A stretch of 63,675 nt of DNA, counting the filler, from Reticulomyxa filosa (lineage: Eukaryota; Protista; Foraminifera): assembly GCA_000512085.1 (NCBI GenBank). It is 20 parts of 20 records of this genome, joined end to end, with 100 filler letters (N's around TTAATTAATTAA, not from the genome) between each part and the next. Parts side by side here need not be neighbours in the genome. Positions count along the whole stretch, not along the records: positions 46,614 to 60,207 come from ASPP01006377.1; positions 60,308 to 63,675 come from ASPP01008934.1; 18 more parts are not named here. One strand, 5' to 3'. Numbering within the stretch: position 1 is the stretch's first letter; each line of letters opens with the position of its first letter. The notes below the pieces were generated by a model. That model worked only from the letters and a program-made list of their open reading frames with translations, ran no database searches and had not been told where the DNA came from. Of the stretch, positions 50,563-62,799 are shown piece by piece. A program made the position numbers and the translations under genes.

Positions 50563-51753
50563 ATGTACCTAAACGTGGAAAAGTCAGGATTTAAATCTGA
50601 ATGGTCCTTCTTTGTCATGCTGGTGGTGGAGTTGCTATGCAGCTTGTACTGTGGATGGTTATTATATTGGTCATGGGGTTGTATGTGGGCATGGATACCC
50701 CCAAGAACACAAAGTGTGGAGCTGGGCCAAGAAATGCAAAATGTCTCTGCGACAGAAATGAGAGAAATTAGTATTAGTCTATCAAAGACGTTCGAGAGAA
50801 GGCCAGCAGTGTCTTTGGATAGAAAAATAAAATTAATAGTCACTTTGTATATTTTCAGTTGCATTTTGACTTGCGTTGGGACCATAATCGAGAGCCTTGT
50901 GTATTCATGGCCAAGCGTTTTTGCACACGCTTGTGACCAAACATTATACGTATCTTATTTGAGAGTGTTAACCGATAGTTTATTTTTTTGTTTTATGTTA
51001 TTCGAGTTATCGTTATGCTTCGAGGGAGCGCACTTGAGCTATCCAAATACCGTCAATTCACTTGTATAGTTATTCCAATCACCACCTTTACGACCATTTA
51101 TGTTCGGTTTCTAACATACAATAAAATCAGAGATTGCAAGCAACTTGATCTAGAAGGAGAGTTGCTGCTCTTAGTTGCTGTCATTTGCCAATTCTTTTGG
51201 AATGTTATTTTATTTCTTTTCTTGGTATACTATTTGCGCAAAGTTTTGTACTTTTTTTTACACACATAGTTAAGCAAAACAAAAAAAAGCGGTTGTTAGT
51301 ATTTTTTTGAAGTAGTAACCAGCAACCTTTTTTGTCGATTCTTTTTCTTTTTTATTTTTTTGCTTTGCTTGACTGACAATTCTTGGAAAGAAGAAAAGCG
51401 AGAGCTATTCTCAAAAAAGAGTACACACAACGTCTTTTAAGGAGCGAAGTAAATCGCTACGTTTGAGATGAGGCCCATTTGTGCCACAAAAAAAAAAGGT
51501 TGCGAACAATGACCTCCTTTCTACTCCGTCATGTCGTAAGGATTTGAGCGAATTTTTGAAAAAATTGCTACGATTATTTCTGGTGTCTGAGCTAACTGAT
51601 TTTATTGCATATGCATGCATGCTGATGCCCGCGTTGACCAATTTTGCTTGGCCCGTGGTCTCAATTGATCTTTGTATCAATTGCACAACCATGTTGCTAT
51701 CGCTTTCTTTTGCACAAGCAATGTTTGATCGTGTTTGTCTATGTCACAAGTAG
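50563..51753 (+). CDS. Divergent 7-TM protein; introns about 51243-51390 and 51421-51498; one -1 break at about 51040-51066
   Basis: Hydrophobic helices continue across ORFs 50563-51069 and 50988-51269 (frame 1>0). TM7 VSIDLCINCTTMLLSL..FDRVC parallels the other 7-TM genes. Confidence 0.72.
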
Positions 51754-53448
51754 CCTTTTTTTTTTTCAGTATTGTCGTGGCTAGTCTTGGGATAGAATGT
51801 AAAAAGTGAAAAGTGTTTACATTATTTTTTACTTGTCTGCGTTGTCTGTTTTCTATCTTTTTTTTGATTTTTTTTTGGTGAGTCCAGAAAAAAGACTGTC
51901 ACTATTTTAAAAAATCAGTTTTGTGGTGAGTATATAATTTGTTTGTTTTTGCCATTGGAGTGACTGTTGTGTTAATAGTGCTTATTGCATCAAATCGAAA
52001 TATTCGTTTCCAAAAATAGCCACTTTAAGTGTCAAATTTGTGTTTTTGGAGAATTGAAATCACAAGCCCAAATTACACAATCCCAAAAATACTACGTATA
52101 TTTTCTTTTTTTGTTCTTTTTGGACATAAAAAACTCCTAATTTGGAAAATTAGAGAAAAAGGGCTTGTTTCAAAAGCAAATGCGTCAATACACGATTGTG
52201 CAATTAAAACAGCATTGTTGAGCCAGTAGCTGACAAAAAATTTTAATAATGTTTCAGTGCATTCATGTGCCTTCTGAAATGTCATCAAGTGTCTATTTGG
52301 AAAATTATTAAACACAACAGGAAAAACTTTTCTTTTTAAATTTTGCTGTCACACTGGTTGTTCTGGATACAATGGGTCATGTGTTGAATTTAATCGTGAT
52401 ATATTCATTTTTTCTCACTCGAGTGCTTACGTATCCAAATTGTTATAATTTTTGGCAGAACATAAAAAAATAACCAGTTATAATGTCACTTTCATGAAAT
52501 TTCCAACTTTATTTTAATCTTGTTTATGTTATATTGGTTTGGTGCTCTCTGAAGGATTGGGACTTTTGTCCACTCGCTAACAGAAAAGAAGTTAATTCAG
52601 AATATTTGTCATGTGAGTTGTATTCGTCTTTTTGTCTTCTTTTTTTTGCAAAATTTGTGAACAACACTACGTTCGTTTTTAAAAATATGTAAGTTTGTTC
52701 AGAAAAAAGTATAAACAAAAAATTCAGTTTTAGAGTTGAACTATTTTGTTTTTGTCTCAGATAAAAATGTTCTGTAAGCGGTTACAAGCTAATATATCGT
52801 TTGCATCGATCTTTATATTGTATTTTATCAAATGAAAAACATGTCAGAATATATTTTTCAATATCTATTGCTTTTACTATTTATAATCGTTTTTTATTTT
52901 TAAATTTTACTTTCTATTATTGATTGACTGACATATTGTTCATGATGCTTTATATCACTGTTTGCTCACTTTAGTTTGTCACTAAAATCGTATTGATATA
53001 AATTTTTTAAAATATCTTTGTATTGTAATGTTGAACAGAATCTCAAGAGTTATTTTGGGTGGGATAATGAAAACTGACCATGAAATTGCTGTGAAGCTAT
53101 GAAATATCGGAAAGTAATCATCCGTGCATTGCTCTTAAAATGACAATCCTCAGATGACTACTTATTTGTTGCAGTGAAAATCTGCACACATTACATTTAA
53201 ACGCCATAAAAATTAAAATATAAATTGTTTTTTAAATGTGTGTTTGGTAAACACACTATCTTTCGATCAAGGCACAAAAAGAAAAAAACAATTCAGAGCA
53301 AAAAGAGCTCATTTTTCACAACACACAAAAAAATTTCGTTTGTTGAATAATGCAGTAAAACCTTAGACAGCATTAACGAAAAAAAAAGTATTCAACAAAA
53401 GTTATGTATGTAATTTATGTAATTTTCGTCAGTGGTCGAAAGAGTTAA

Positions 53449-54702
53449 TTATTTCGAACCAGAGCCTCCTTGGTTTGCCACTTCGTCAGCCAATTCATCG
53501 ACTAGGCGTTTGAACTCATCATATTGCATAGCATTATCGTCCCCAGCCAATTGTTTGAACGTTTTTCCCAAAGCTTGAAATCGCTTTCGATATTCAGTTG
53601 GCAAGGCATTTAAAAATTCATTAAATTCTTCTTCGCTCATATCTTCTTTATCGTCTTTATACTCAAACTTTGATGTTCGTGTACACCATCATACAAACAC
53701 AAGATCATCTCCATTCAAAACCTCAATTGATAATTGTTTCAAAAAAAAAAAAGTTAACCTGATCGTACACTTTATTCAAAATGGCTTTTTCATTTTTGAT
53801 TAAAGATTCTTTCCATCGATCCATAACAGCTTTGGAGGATTTTTGCAATTTTTCCAATCCTTCCAAATTGCTTCCGGCCAAATTTTTCAAATTTTCATCC
53901 AACTCTCGGAATTTCACCAAATTAACTTTCAGTCGATCGTTGGATTCTCGTAACTCGCCTTCTACGGTCTGGAGCTGCACGCGTGCACGTGTCAATTTGT
54001 CCACTTCTTGTCTCAGTGCTGCGTTCTCTTGTTTGAATTCACGATTCAAACGCGCCATTTTGTCAACTTCTTCTTTCAGCCCCAGTAACAATCGAAAATG
54101 GTTCGCTCCATATGCTTTTGTGTTTGTATGTATTTTTTCAATTTACTGTATGGCGTCCACATTACTCATATCCCCATTTGTCACACAAGTAGTTCAATGT
54201 TGACGTATTTGAACAATTTTCATATTTGCAATTATCAAAGTTTTGTTTGCAGAAACCCCCTTTTTTTTTATTCTCCTCCTGCCCCCTTTTGGACAAACAA
54301 AGAGCCGAGGGGGGAGGGTAGAAACAAAAAAGAAACAGTTCAATAAAAAAAATTCATGGTGTAAGACAATAGCTACCGGCCATGATGATCGCAGATAGAC
54401 CCGCCAAAAGATATCCTGTTGTCTGTCCCGCCAAAACCATAATCATCCAAATCACTGTTGCACCGGCAAATGCCAAAAACAATAAAAATGGCCATCGACT
54501 CAAAGGTTTTTCCATATACCATTGCCATGCACCTGTAAATCAAACACGGCCCCGATGTTCAAAGATAAATATGTCCCGTTAAAAACTGAATACCTTTGCA
54601 CCCGCCAGCCCTTTTCTTTTCAGGACGGTTTTCACCGTCTTTCACAAGCGACTCATTCATTGCTGCATTATTTTGACCCGCGGATTTGTAATCGTCAGCC
54701 AT
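53449..54702 (-). CDS. Membrane-anchored coiled-coil protein with C-terminal EF-hand-like motifs (4 exons)
   Basis: Two N-terminal TM helices, heptad repeats, DDKEDMSEEEFNEFL and DNAMQYDEFKRLV. Exons splice in frame. Confidence 0.8.
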
Positions 54703-55200
54703 GATGAATTCTTTGTTAGTTCAAATTTTTGGAGTAACAGTAAAACTAAAAAAAGTCTTGTAGCATACGGAAAGTATACATCTTTTTCTGAAGAAAATTT
54801 TGTCCTGAACAAAGTAACAAGTTGAATTCATTTTATGCGCTATCTTTTTTCTTGGGATGAGTGTTGCTTTAATTACTTAGAAGGTATGTTATCAAAAAGA
54901 AAATTTTGGGTCCTAATGTAAATATTGTGCTTTTTCATATTTGCTAACGTCTTCATCGGTCAATAGTTTGAAAACGTTTTTTATGTTTCCGTTAATGTTT
55001 CTGCGAGAGAAAAATCCATCAAACAAAAGAGGTCAGTCAACTTCTTCCGTAAAAATCGTGCGCGGAAATGCAGAAACCAATTTTTAGAGGTATAAAGTTT
55101 AGAGAATTAAAACAACTTCTTTTTATCACTCAATGTATTTTCTCTTATTTTTTGACATATCACTTGGAAGAAGAGAGGAAAAAAAAGGCCTTCGATGTGT

Positions 55201-58200
55201 CTACCTTGACTGTTCAGAGGTAGTTTGTGCATCTGTTGTTGTCGATAATTGTTCGCTAGGTTTCGATGTCTGAAGATCGTTTAGCTGCTGTGTGGGAACT
55301 TGTTGAAGATAAGAATACTGTTATGTACACACATATATTTCATAGCATTATTATTCAGATGTTTTAATAATACACAAACAAACATAACATTGACAGCGTG
55401 ACTAAACTTGTGCATATTGTTGGTAATGTGGATATTGTTGATAATAGGCTTGGTAGTTTGGGTCTATTGTAGCCGTGGTTGACATTTGTGAAATTTGTTG
55501 CAGTTGCTGGTTTTGTGGTGGAGGCATTCCAGGAGGTGGAGGTGGAGGCGGTGGTGGAATATACCCTTCTCCACTTTGTTGAGTGACCTGAGTAGGAAGC
55601 GTTTGAGGTTGTGCATAGATTGATGTAGAATAAGGCTGATACAATTGATACTGTTGAGTAGGATAGCCCCCATAAACTTGTTGAACAGGAGGATATCCAT
55701 ACATTATCTGTGGATATTGAGTTATCGAAGCGCCCAACTGAGTGTGATAATTGGTGTTTGTCTTTGTCTGTTCAATGTTAAAAAAAAAAAATAGAAAAGA
55801 TTTGCAAAAAAAATAAATTTGAGAATGCAATTAACATGGACAACTTTTGCCAGTTCATTTCTGGCGGCTTTGACTGATTCCACAGAACCGCGTAATGCAA
55901 CTAAGCGTGTTTTTGCATCTGGAGCAGCATCTTCATCTCTCTGGACACGGATATCACACATAGTCCGATCTTTCATGGCCTTAACGTTACTAGCAGATTT
56001 ACCGATCACCAATCCAACAATGTCACTGGGAATTTCAACTTCTACGTAGCCACTTTCCACATCTCCCGACCGAATTGGGGGCTGCATTTCTTCGGCGTAC
56101 TGAGGCAAGGACGGCTGTATAGGTCGCGGCATCAGACCCGGCTGTCCACCAGGCAACCCTCCACTATTGAATCGAGTGGGATCTGGAATAGGAGGGGGCT
56201 CAAATATCGACTGTGATTCGGGGTTGTGATGATTAGTTTGTAGCAGCTCTTTTTCTCGTATGTCTGGGGATTGAAGTTGGGAATGATGTATCGATTGTTG
56301 CTGCTGGGATTGGTGTTGTTGGTGCTGTTGGTATTGCTGGGATGGATGCGTCTCGAGTGAATGCGATTGCTGTTGGTGATGCATCTGCTGCTGTTGAGAA
56401 CTCGATGTTGGCGTTGGTGATGATTGATACATACTCGAGATATTGGACGGAGAAAAAAAGGACGTCATTGGCGGACGTTTTTTTTGTTGTTTTTCCAGCT
56501 CTTTTTGTCGGTAGCGGGACATTTCTTGTACACATCGGGCAATCTCGTCTCTGGCCGCGTTCATTTGTGACGTTCCCCCTTGTATTGTTATCATTTTCAT
56601 GTTTGGATTATTTGGGACATTGTGTGGGCTTACAACCACAGTTGCACCTGTCAATTCTTCAATTCGACGAATATTCCCTTCCCCTCTAATCATTTTTTCA
56701 AAAAAAAAAAACCGCTGCTTGGTTATTGCCCTTTGTTTTTTTTAAGACTATATATTGCAAAACTTGCCAATAACAACGCCCAAATGCGAATTTGGAATTT
56801 CAATGTCAATATGGTCGCCATAGTTGTGTTCTCTAATCTCCAGAGTATCGGTTTGCGCTGAGGTGGCTTGTTCAATCAGCGCCTTAAGTTTGGCAGCTCC
56901 ATTCTTTACCTTTTCTGGTGTGTCTGCTTGTATCCATGCATGCAGCATCTCGTCGGATGGCTTTTTTTTCCCACCCCATCACCAAAATTGCAAACAAAGA
57001 CTAAAATGTTTGACCATTTGTAAAGACATTAAGAAAGAACAAAAGACAGAGCAAATAAAAAAAGGGCTGACCGGTGACCCACTTCGCTTCGATGCACCCT
57101 TGCCTTTCAAAAGAATACGACATCCCGTTTCGGCTTGCATTCGCTTTTGGTTGATTCCTTTAGGTCCCAAAATTAAGCCAATGAAATTGATATGTGAATA
57201 CTCGTCTTGAGGAATAAACAAGCGCTCTTCATACTTTCCCATGGAAAAGTTGTTAAAGTTTAAGCCAAACGGATTGGAAGATCCACTGCTAATATTTAAG
57301 GACGTGGACACATTGTTATCAGAAGGCAGTCCAAATGACGAATATCTTCCTCCAAACGAAGAAGACGACCCACTACTTTGAGAAGAGCTGCCACCAGCAT
57401 TTGAGCCAGACGAGTGAGTGCCAAAAGCGCTTATGTCTGTCGAGCTATACAAAGAATTGACAGGAGTCGGAACGACAGAAGATACCGTGGGCGTCGTACT
57501 GATGACATCATTCGATTTGACCGTCGTGCTGTCGTTCGTGGTGCCGCTAGTATTGTTTGTGCCATTGAGAGGTAAAGTTTTACCTAATGAATTAGTTAGT
57601 TTAAGTGCAATCGCCAGAGCCGCCTGTTCTACTCTCCCCCCAATATGTCATTTATCCAAATACAAATATTAAAACAGATAAATAAAACAAACAAAACAAA
57701 GAAACTACAACTAATGAACAAACCCCTTCTTTTTCTCTCTTTCATGTGCTCATGTGTATTTGCAAAAAAAAAAAGAAAAAAATTTGAAAGATTTTACTTT
57801 TTAGATACTTTTTAAACTGTCTTTTTTTTTTTCCTTTTTCTTTCCCCTTGGAAGTTTTTCTTTTTTTTGTGAAAGTTGTGTATGCAAAGTATGGGATTGT
57901 GTCGTTTGCTTTTTTTTTTTTTTTTTTCTTGATTAATATGTCATATTTCGTTCTTTAGACAACAGACAGAAAAAACAAAAAAACAAAAGGACCACTAACT
58001 TTTTTCACACAGCAAACGACCGTTCAGTTTTCAACTGTTCTGTTGTGTTTTTCAATTTTCATTTGTTGGTCCAAAAAAGGAAAAGGAAAAAAAAAAGACA
58101 CACACAACAAGTGTTGTTGATGATCCATTGCATTTTAATCGGGAGAAAAAAAAAATTCGCAAAATCGGAATCAAGCAAATTATGAAAAGAGGAAGGAGAA

Positions 58201-58596
58201 GAAAAAAGAACAAAATTGTTTGGAACAAGAAAATAAATAAAATAATTGATTAATTACAAAAAAAAAAAAAAAAAAAATCTATCAAAGAAATTCAAAGTTT
58301 TATTAACTTGCACCAGGATTGTCTTTGACATTGCTATTGCTTCCCGTGGCTTTGGCAGTGTCATTTACAGATTTATCAGTGTCGTTTGTGATCTTGAAGT
58401 TATCATTTACACTCTCGCTGTCTGTCTCATTCACTACGACGCTATCTCGCTGTGGTACATCTTTGCTCATCTCGCCAGTCCCTGGACCGGGTTTGGCTTG
58501 AGTTGCTTGAGGCCCAAACCGAGATCTACGCTTTTTGGCTGGAGGTTCCTGTAAGTCATCTTGCAAATCCTCACTTGAGTGATAAGCGTCAGTCAT
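55201..58596 (-). CDS. Triple-KH RNA-binding protein (SF1/BBP-type KH plus two FUBP-type KH)
   Basis: KKRRSRFGP; INFIGLILGPKGINQKRMQAETGCRILLKGKG; IEIPNSHLGVVIG; VEIPSDIVGLVIGKSA; Q/P/Y-rich tail. Confidence 0.88.
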
Positions 58597-60307
58597 GTTT
58601 TTTTAAATTTGAAAGTTTCAAATAAAGTACAATGTTTTGATGAAAATTGGAATAAAAAACTTTTGTTGATGTCCAAAAAAAACGGTTCACTAACTTTCAC
58701 ATTATCACCGTGCCTAGTCCACCCATCTTTTTTTCTCTCGTTACGAATACAAAGTATTGACACTAAGAAGTATTCGAAAAAAGGACAAGTTAAGGGGGAT
58801 CTAAAGCGTACGAGATAATATTGGTAATAACAATGACAATAATACAAATAAATAGCTAAAGTGCATTGTCCAAAAACATTTTTGAACAATGCATCGATGT
58901 ATGGGACGTCTTCTGCTGATAAGAGACTGCACTAAATGTAATACGAAAAGGTTTATTCAAAAGAGATCAGTTTTCGGCAAAACAAAAGTTAATTAACAAA
59001 TAAAAGATGAATGACACGATAAAAGAAAGAGAAACAAACAAATAGTGAAGAAAATTAGTGGAGAAGTTTAACCTAATGGTGCTCCTAAACTCTTTCAGAG
59101 TTCAGCAATCTATAATAGGGCTTTCCACACATATGTGAAAGTTAACTTTAAAAAATATGTACATAATCTGTTTAAAAAAAACTTGTTGTTATTGTCGGAT
59201 ATTTTCGATGAAAAAGCCATTGCCTCTTCGGTAGCTGCAAGTGCACAATCTGCGATTTTGCTTGTAAATATTTTTGGTTTGAAATTGAACTGACATTGTG
59301 ATTGTTGTAGATCAATCCAAAACCAAAACAAAAAGAAAAAGATTGATGTATTGTGATTTCTATCAACTTTTTCATTGTAAATATCTTATTCAAAAAAAAA
59401 TGGATACCATAAAATAGTTTTATTTCATCGTCGACATATTTTAATGAAATATAATTTTTCACTTCAAAGTAAATTTTGTTTTTCATGTAAATATGCAACA
59501 CCTATTTCATCGAGTTCACAACTCCAATATGTTCTATCTTTATAAATTACAAAACAACTAATGATTAATTGCAACTTGGGGTTGTGTACATGAACATTTG
59601 CATTTATCATTAAATCACTATATCCAAATTCCTAGCCACATTGTGCTTATATTACTATATTTACATTTTTTTTGTTTTTGATATTGTCGCATATACATTT
59701 CTTTGTTCTTTTTCTCAAGGAACTTTTTGTTTTTTGTTATACGTTTGTCGCCACCGCATTGTTAGTCTGATCTTCACTAGACATTTATATTGGTTCGCAA
59801 ATATCACAAATTAAAATGAACAATAAAATAAAATGATCCACTATATCTCGCACAGTCTATATCACGTTTTCAATAATATCAAAATTGTATTATATATCAA
59901 ATAATTAAACATTGTTTTATTTTTATTTTAAAAAAATTTGTCAAAAAGAAAAAGTAAAAACAGGTCAAGCTCTTTTAAGTATTGCATTGCATAATGCTTG
60001 TGCTGCATTCAATTTCTGAAAGAAATACTTGCTAAAAGCTTTAAACTATGCTAAATATACAGCAAATGCTAAATTTTTTTTTAAAAAAATGGAACTAAGT
60101 TATACCTTGTTACGTTGTTTTTAGTTTATTATTTGACATAATTTTATTTGAATAACGCAATAACTAGAATAAATGATGATTATTGAATTTTAAAAAAATA
60201 ATTTTTTNNNNNNNNNNNNNNNNNNNNNNNNNNNNNNNNNNNNNNNNNNNNTTAATTAATTAANNNNNNNNNNNNNNNNNNNNNNNNNNNNNNNNNNNNN
60301 NNNNNNN

Positions 60308-60951
60308 AAATGAGCGTCGAAAGTGGATTCACCAGTTCGAAAATGTGAGTGTGGTAGTCTTTGTGGCGTCTTTAAGCAGTTTTGACGAACAAATGTACGA
60401 TGACGAAACAGTCAACAGTTTGCAGGATTCTATTGCCTTGTTCAAAGAGATCTGCGAGTTGCGATATTTTGCCCATCAGCACATGATTTTAATTTTAAAT
60501 AAACAAGACTTGTTACAAGAAAAATTAAATGCGGGTATGCGCATTTGTTTATGTGAAACAATTTTTTTTTTTTTTAAAAAAAAAGCAATCAAGCATTACT
60601 ACATACAATGTCTGTATTTGGCGGGGGGGGGGGGGGGAACATCAAAAAAAAAAAAAAAAAGGTAAAAGACTCAAAGATTTCCCAGCGACAGAAGACTATA
60701 CTGGGAAAGACGATGATGTTGAGGAAAGTGTGAAACACATTGAATCGAAATTCCAATTGGCGTTTCTACAAGCAATTGGACAGCTGCGCAAATCAACGGC
60801 GGTGGACATTCAAAGTGCAGCTGAAAAACGGCGATTGTTCGTTCGCTACACTTGTGCTTATAAAATTGAAAGCGTGCGGTCTGTGTTTGATGATATTGCA
60901 GGCATTTTGACTGGAAAAATTACCCCTAATGAAATACATTCTACTACTTAA
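60308..60951 (+). CDS. Heterotrimeric G-protein alpha subunit (5' partial; intron about 60535-60661)
   Basis: ERRKWIHQFENV, VFVASLSSFD, ILILNKQDL, YTCA. Confidence 0.95.
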
Positions 60952-61967
60952 AAGACTCAGGCGTGTGCTAACCACTGGTCTTGTGTTAGCTTGTTTTTCT
61001 CCCTTCCCTCACATATTCATTCCTCCGTCTTCTTCTTTATTCCTCTTTTTCTCTTCTTGTGACAACAGTTTATATTAGCGCCTGTATCCTCAGTGCAATC
61101 GAATGTTCATATAACTCAAATAAAAACAAAATACTACTTTTGACTTTTTGCAAGCGGATATATTTTATTTTTATTTTTTTTTTTTCCCGTAAAATTGTGT
61201 AGTTATCATTGTGGTCAAATTCCTTGTCTAAACCCATTTGAGAATTGTAAATGATTGATTCTTTTTTTGTAAAAAAAAACATAACTGAAGAAATCCATTT
61301 ATTAAAAACAATTCTGTAATTTATGTGTTATAGTTGTAAATAGTTGAAGAATAATTATATGATCCAACAGCCGATATATTATTATTGATCATATTTATAT
61401 ATAAAAAAAGCAAGCATTTTTTCCCAAAGTTGGATATCACTTGCAACACGTAGTTGAATAGCCATCTTTAGAAAGTAAATTTTAGGATATCATCTTTGTT
61501 ACTTCGGTAAGACGTCCTCAATTTGAAATTTTCACTCCGGTCCCAACTCCTGAACTGTATCACGCATGTACAACAGCTTGGCCGTCTTGCCAAAGTTAAG
61601 TACTTTTTAACAAATTTTGAAGTATTAACTTACCGCTTTATTGCTTATGCTACAACAACATGCTGCCTTCCAAATCAAGAGTGGCCCTTGTGGTCTTTAG
61701 ATAACATCATTACGTTCTACTCGTTTTTGGAACTATTTTTCTTTTTTAAAAAAATTTGGAGTAAAGTCAAAATCTTGGACAGAGTTATCAATACATTACC
61801 TTGACAAAGTTTATTATTGAATTGACTGCATTGATCAACTAAATATATAATTTATTTCTGATTTTTTAGAAAAAGAGTTCAGTTTTTGTAAGTGTTTTTC
61901 TTTCAAGTAAACTTGGTGTAGTTCTAAAAAAGCTTTAGCGTATATTCACTAGTTTAAAAAATTGAAG

Positions 61968-62799
61968 ATGGCAAAACACGAAGACGAGTGGGAGGTGTTT
62001 TATTATCATGAGACAGGACGTGCCGAGTACGCCCGCATACTGTTTGGCGAGGCTGGTGTGTCTTACAAAGAATCGACTGATGTTCGAGGAAAAGAGGCCA
62101 ACCATTTTGTGGCATTCGGTGGAAAACCAAGCGAATTAAATTTCCCAGGTTTTTTTTGTTTCAACTAGTTGAAAAAAAATTAAAATGGCAAACTTTTTTT
62201 TTATGTTCAAAAAGCATTCGCTCCACCAACGATCCGCCATAACAAAATATATATCGCTCAAACGAACACGATTGTGCGTTATGTGGCTACAAAGTTACAT
62301 TTGCTGCCTTCGAACGAAATAGATCAATTCTATTGCGATGTCCTCATGGCCAATATCCAAGATGTCAACGCTGAAAGTTTTGTTTTTTTTATTATGAACT
62401 TTTTTTTTTAAAAAAATCCCTTAATGTGGGCTATGTGTTTTTTTTTTTGCACGTTCAAAAGTGTATGGAAAATCAAAGGCAACCGATGAAGAAAGGGCTG
62501 AGTGGTTGAAAACGAGAGGAGCCAACTGGTTGAAATTGTTCAATGAACCCTTGACACGCGAGAAAAACCAGGAGTACTACTTTGGTAATAAATGCTCTTG
62601 CGCCGATCTCATTGTGACAGTGTTCTTGCAAAGGTTGGACTTCATTTTAGGAAAGAAATATGGAGAGTTTGTTGCCAAACCTTTCCCTGCTTTACATCAG
62701 TTGCGTGAAAGAGTTGAAAAACGACCTAACATCCAAAAATTTTTGGAAGAGAGACATAAAGCAAAACGTAATTTTGTAACCACACAATGGTTTAACTAG
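61968..62799 (+). CDS. Glutathione S-transferase (3 exons)
   Basis: FYY..TGRAEYARILFGEAGVSY, FAPPTI, IAQTNTIVRY, YYFGNKCSCADL, FPAL..LRERV..RPNI. Confidence 0.92.

Noticed and set aside
5577-60307. Regularly recurring TTAATTAATTAA flanked by Ns as a biological repeat or CRISPR-like array
   Set aside because: It is a fixed 100-nt six-frame-stop spacer used to concatenate contigs. Adjacency across spacers carries no meaning.
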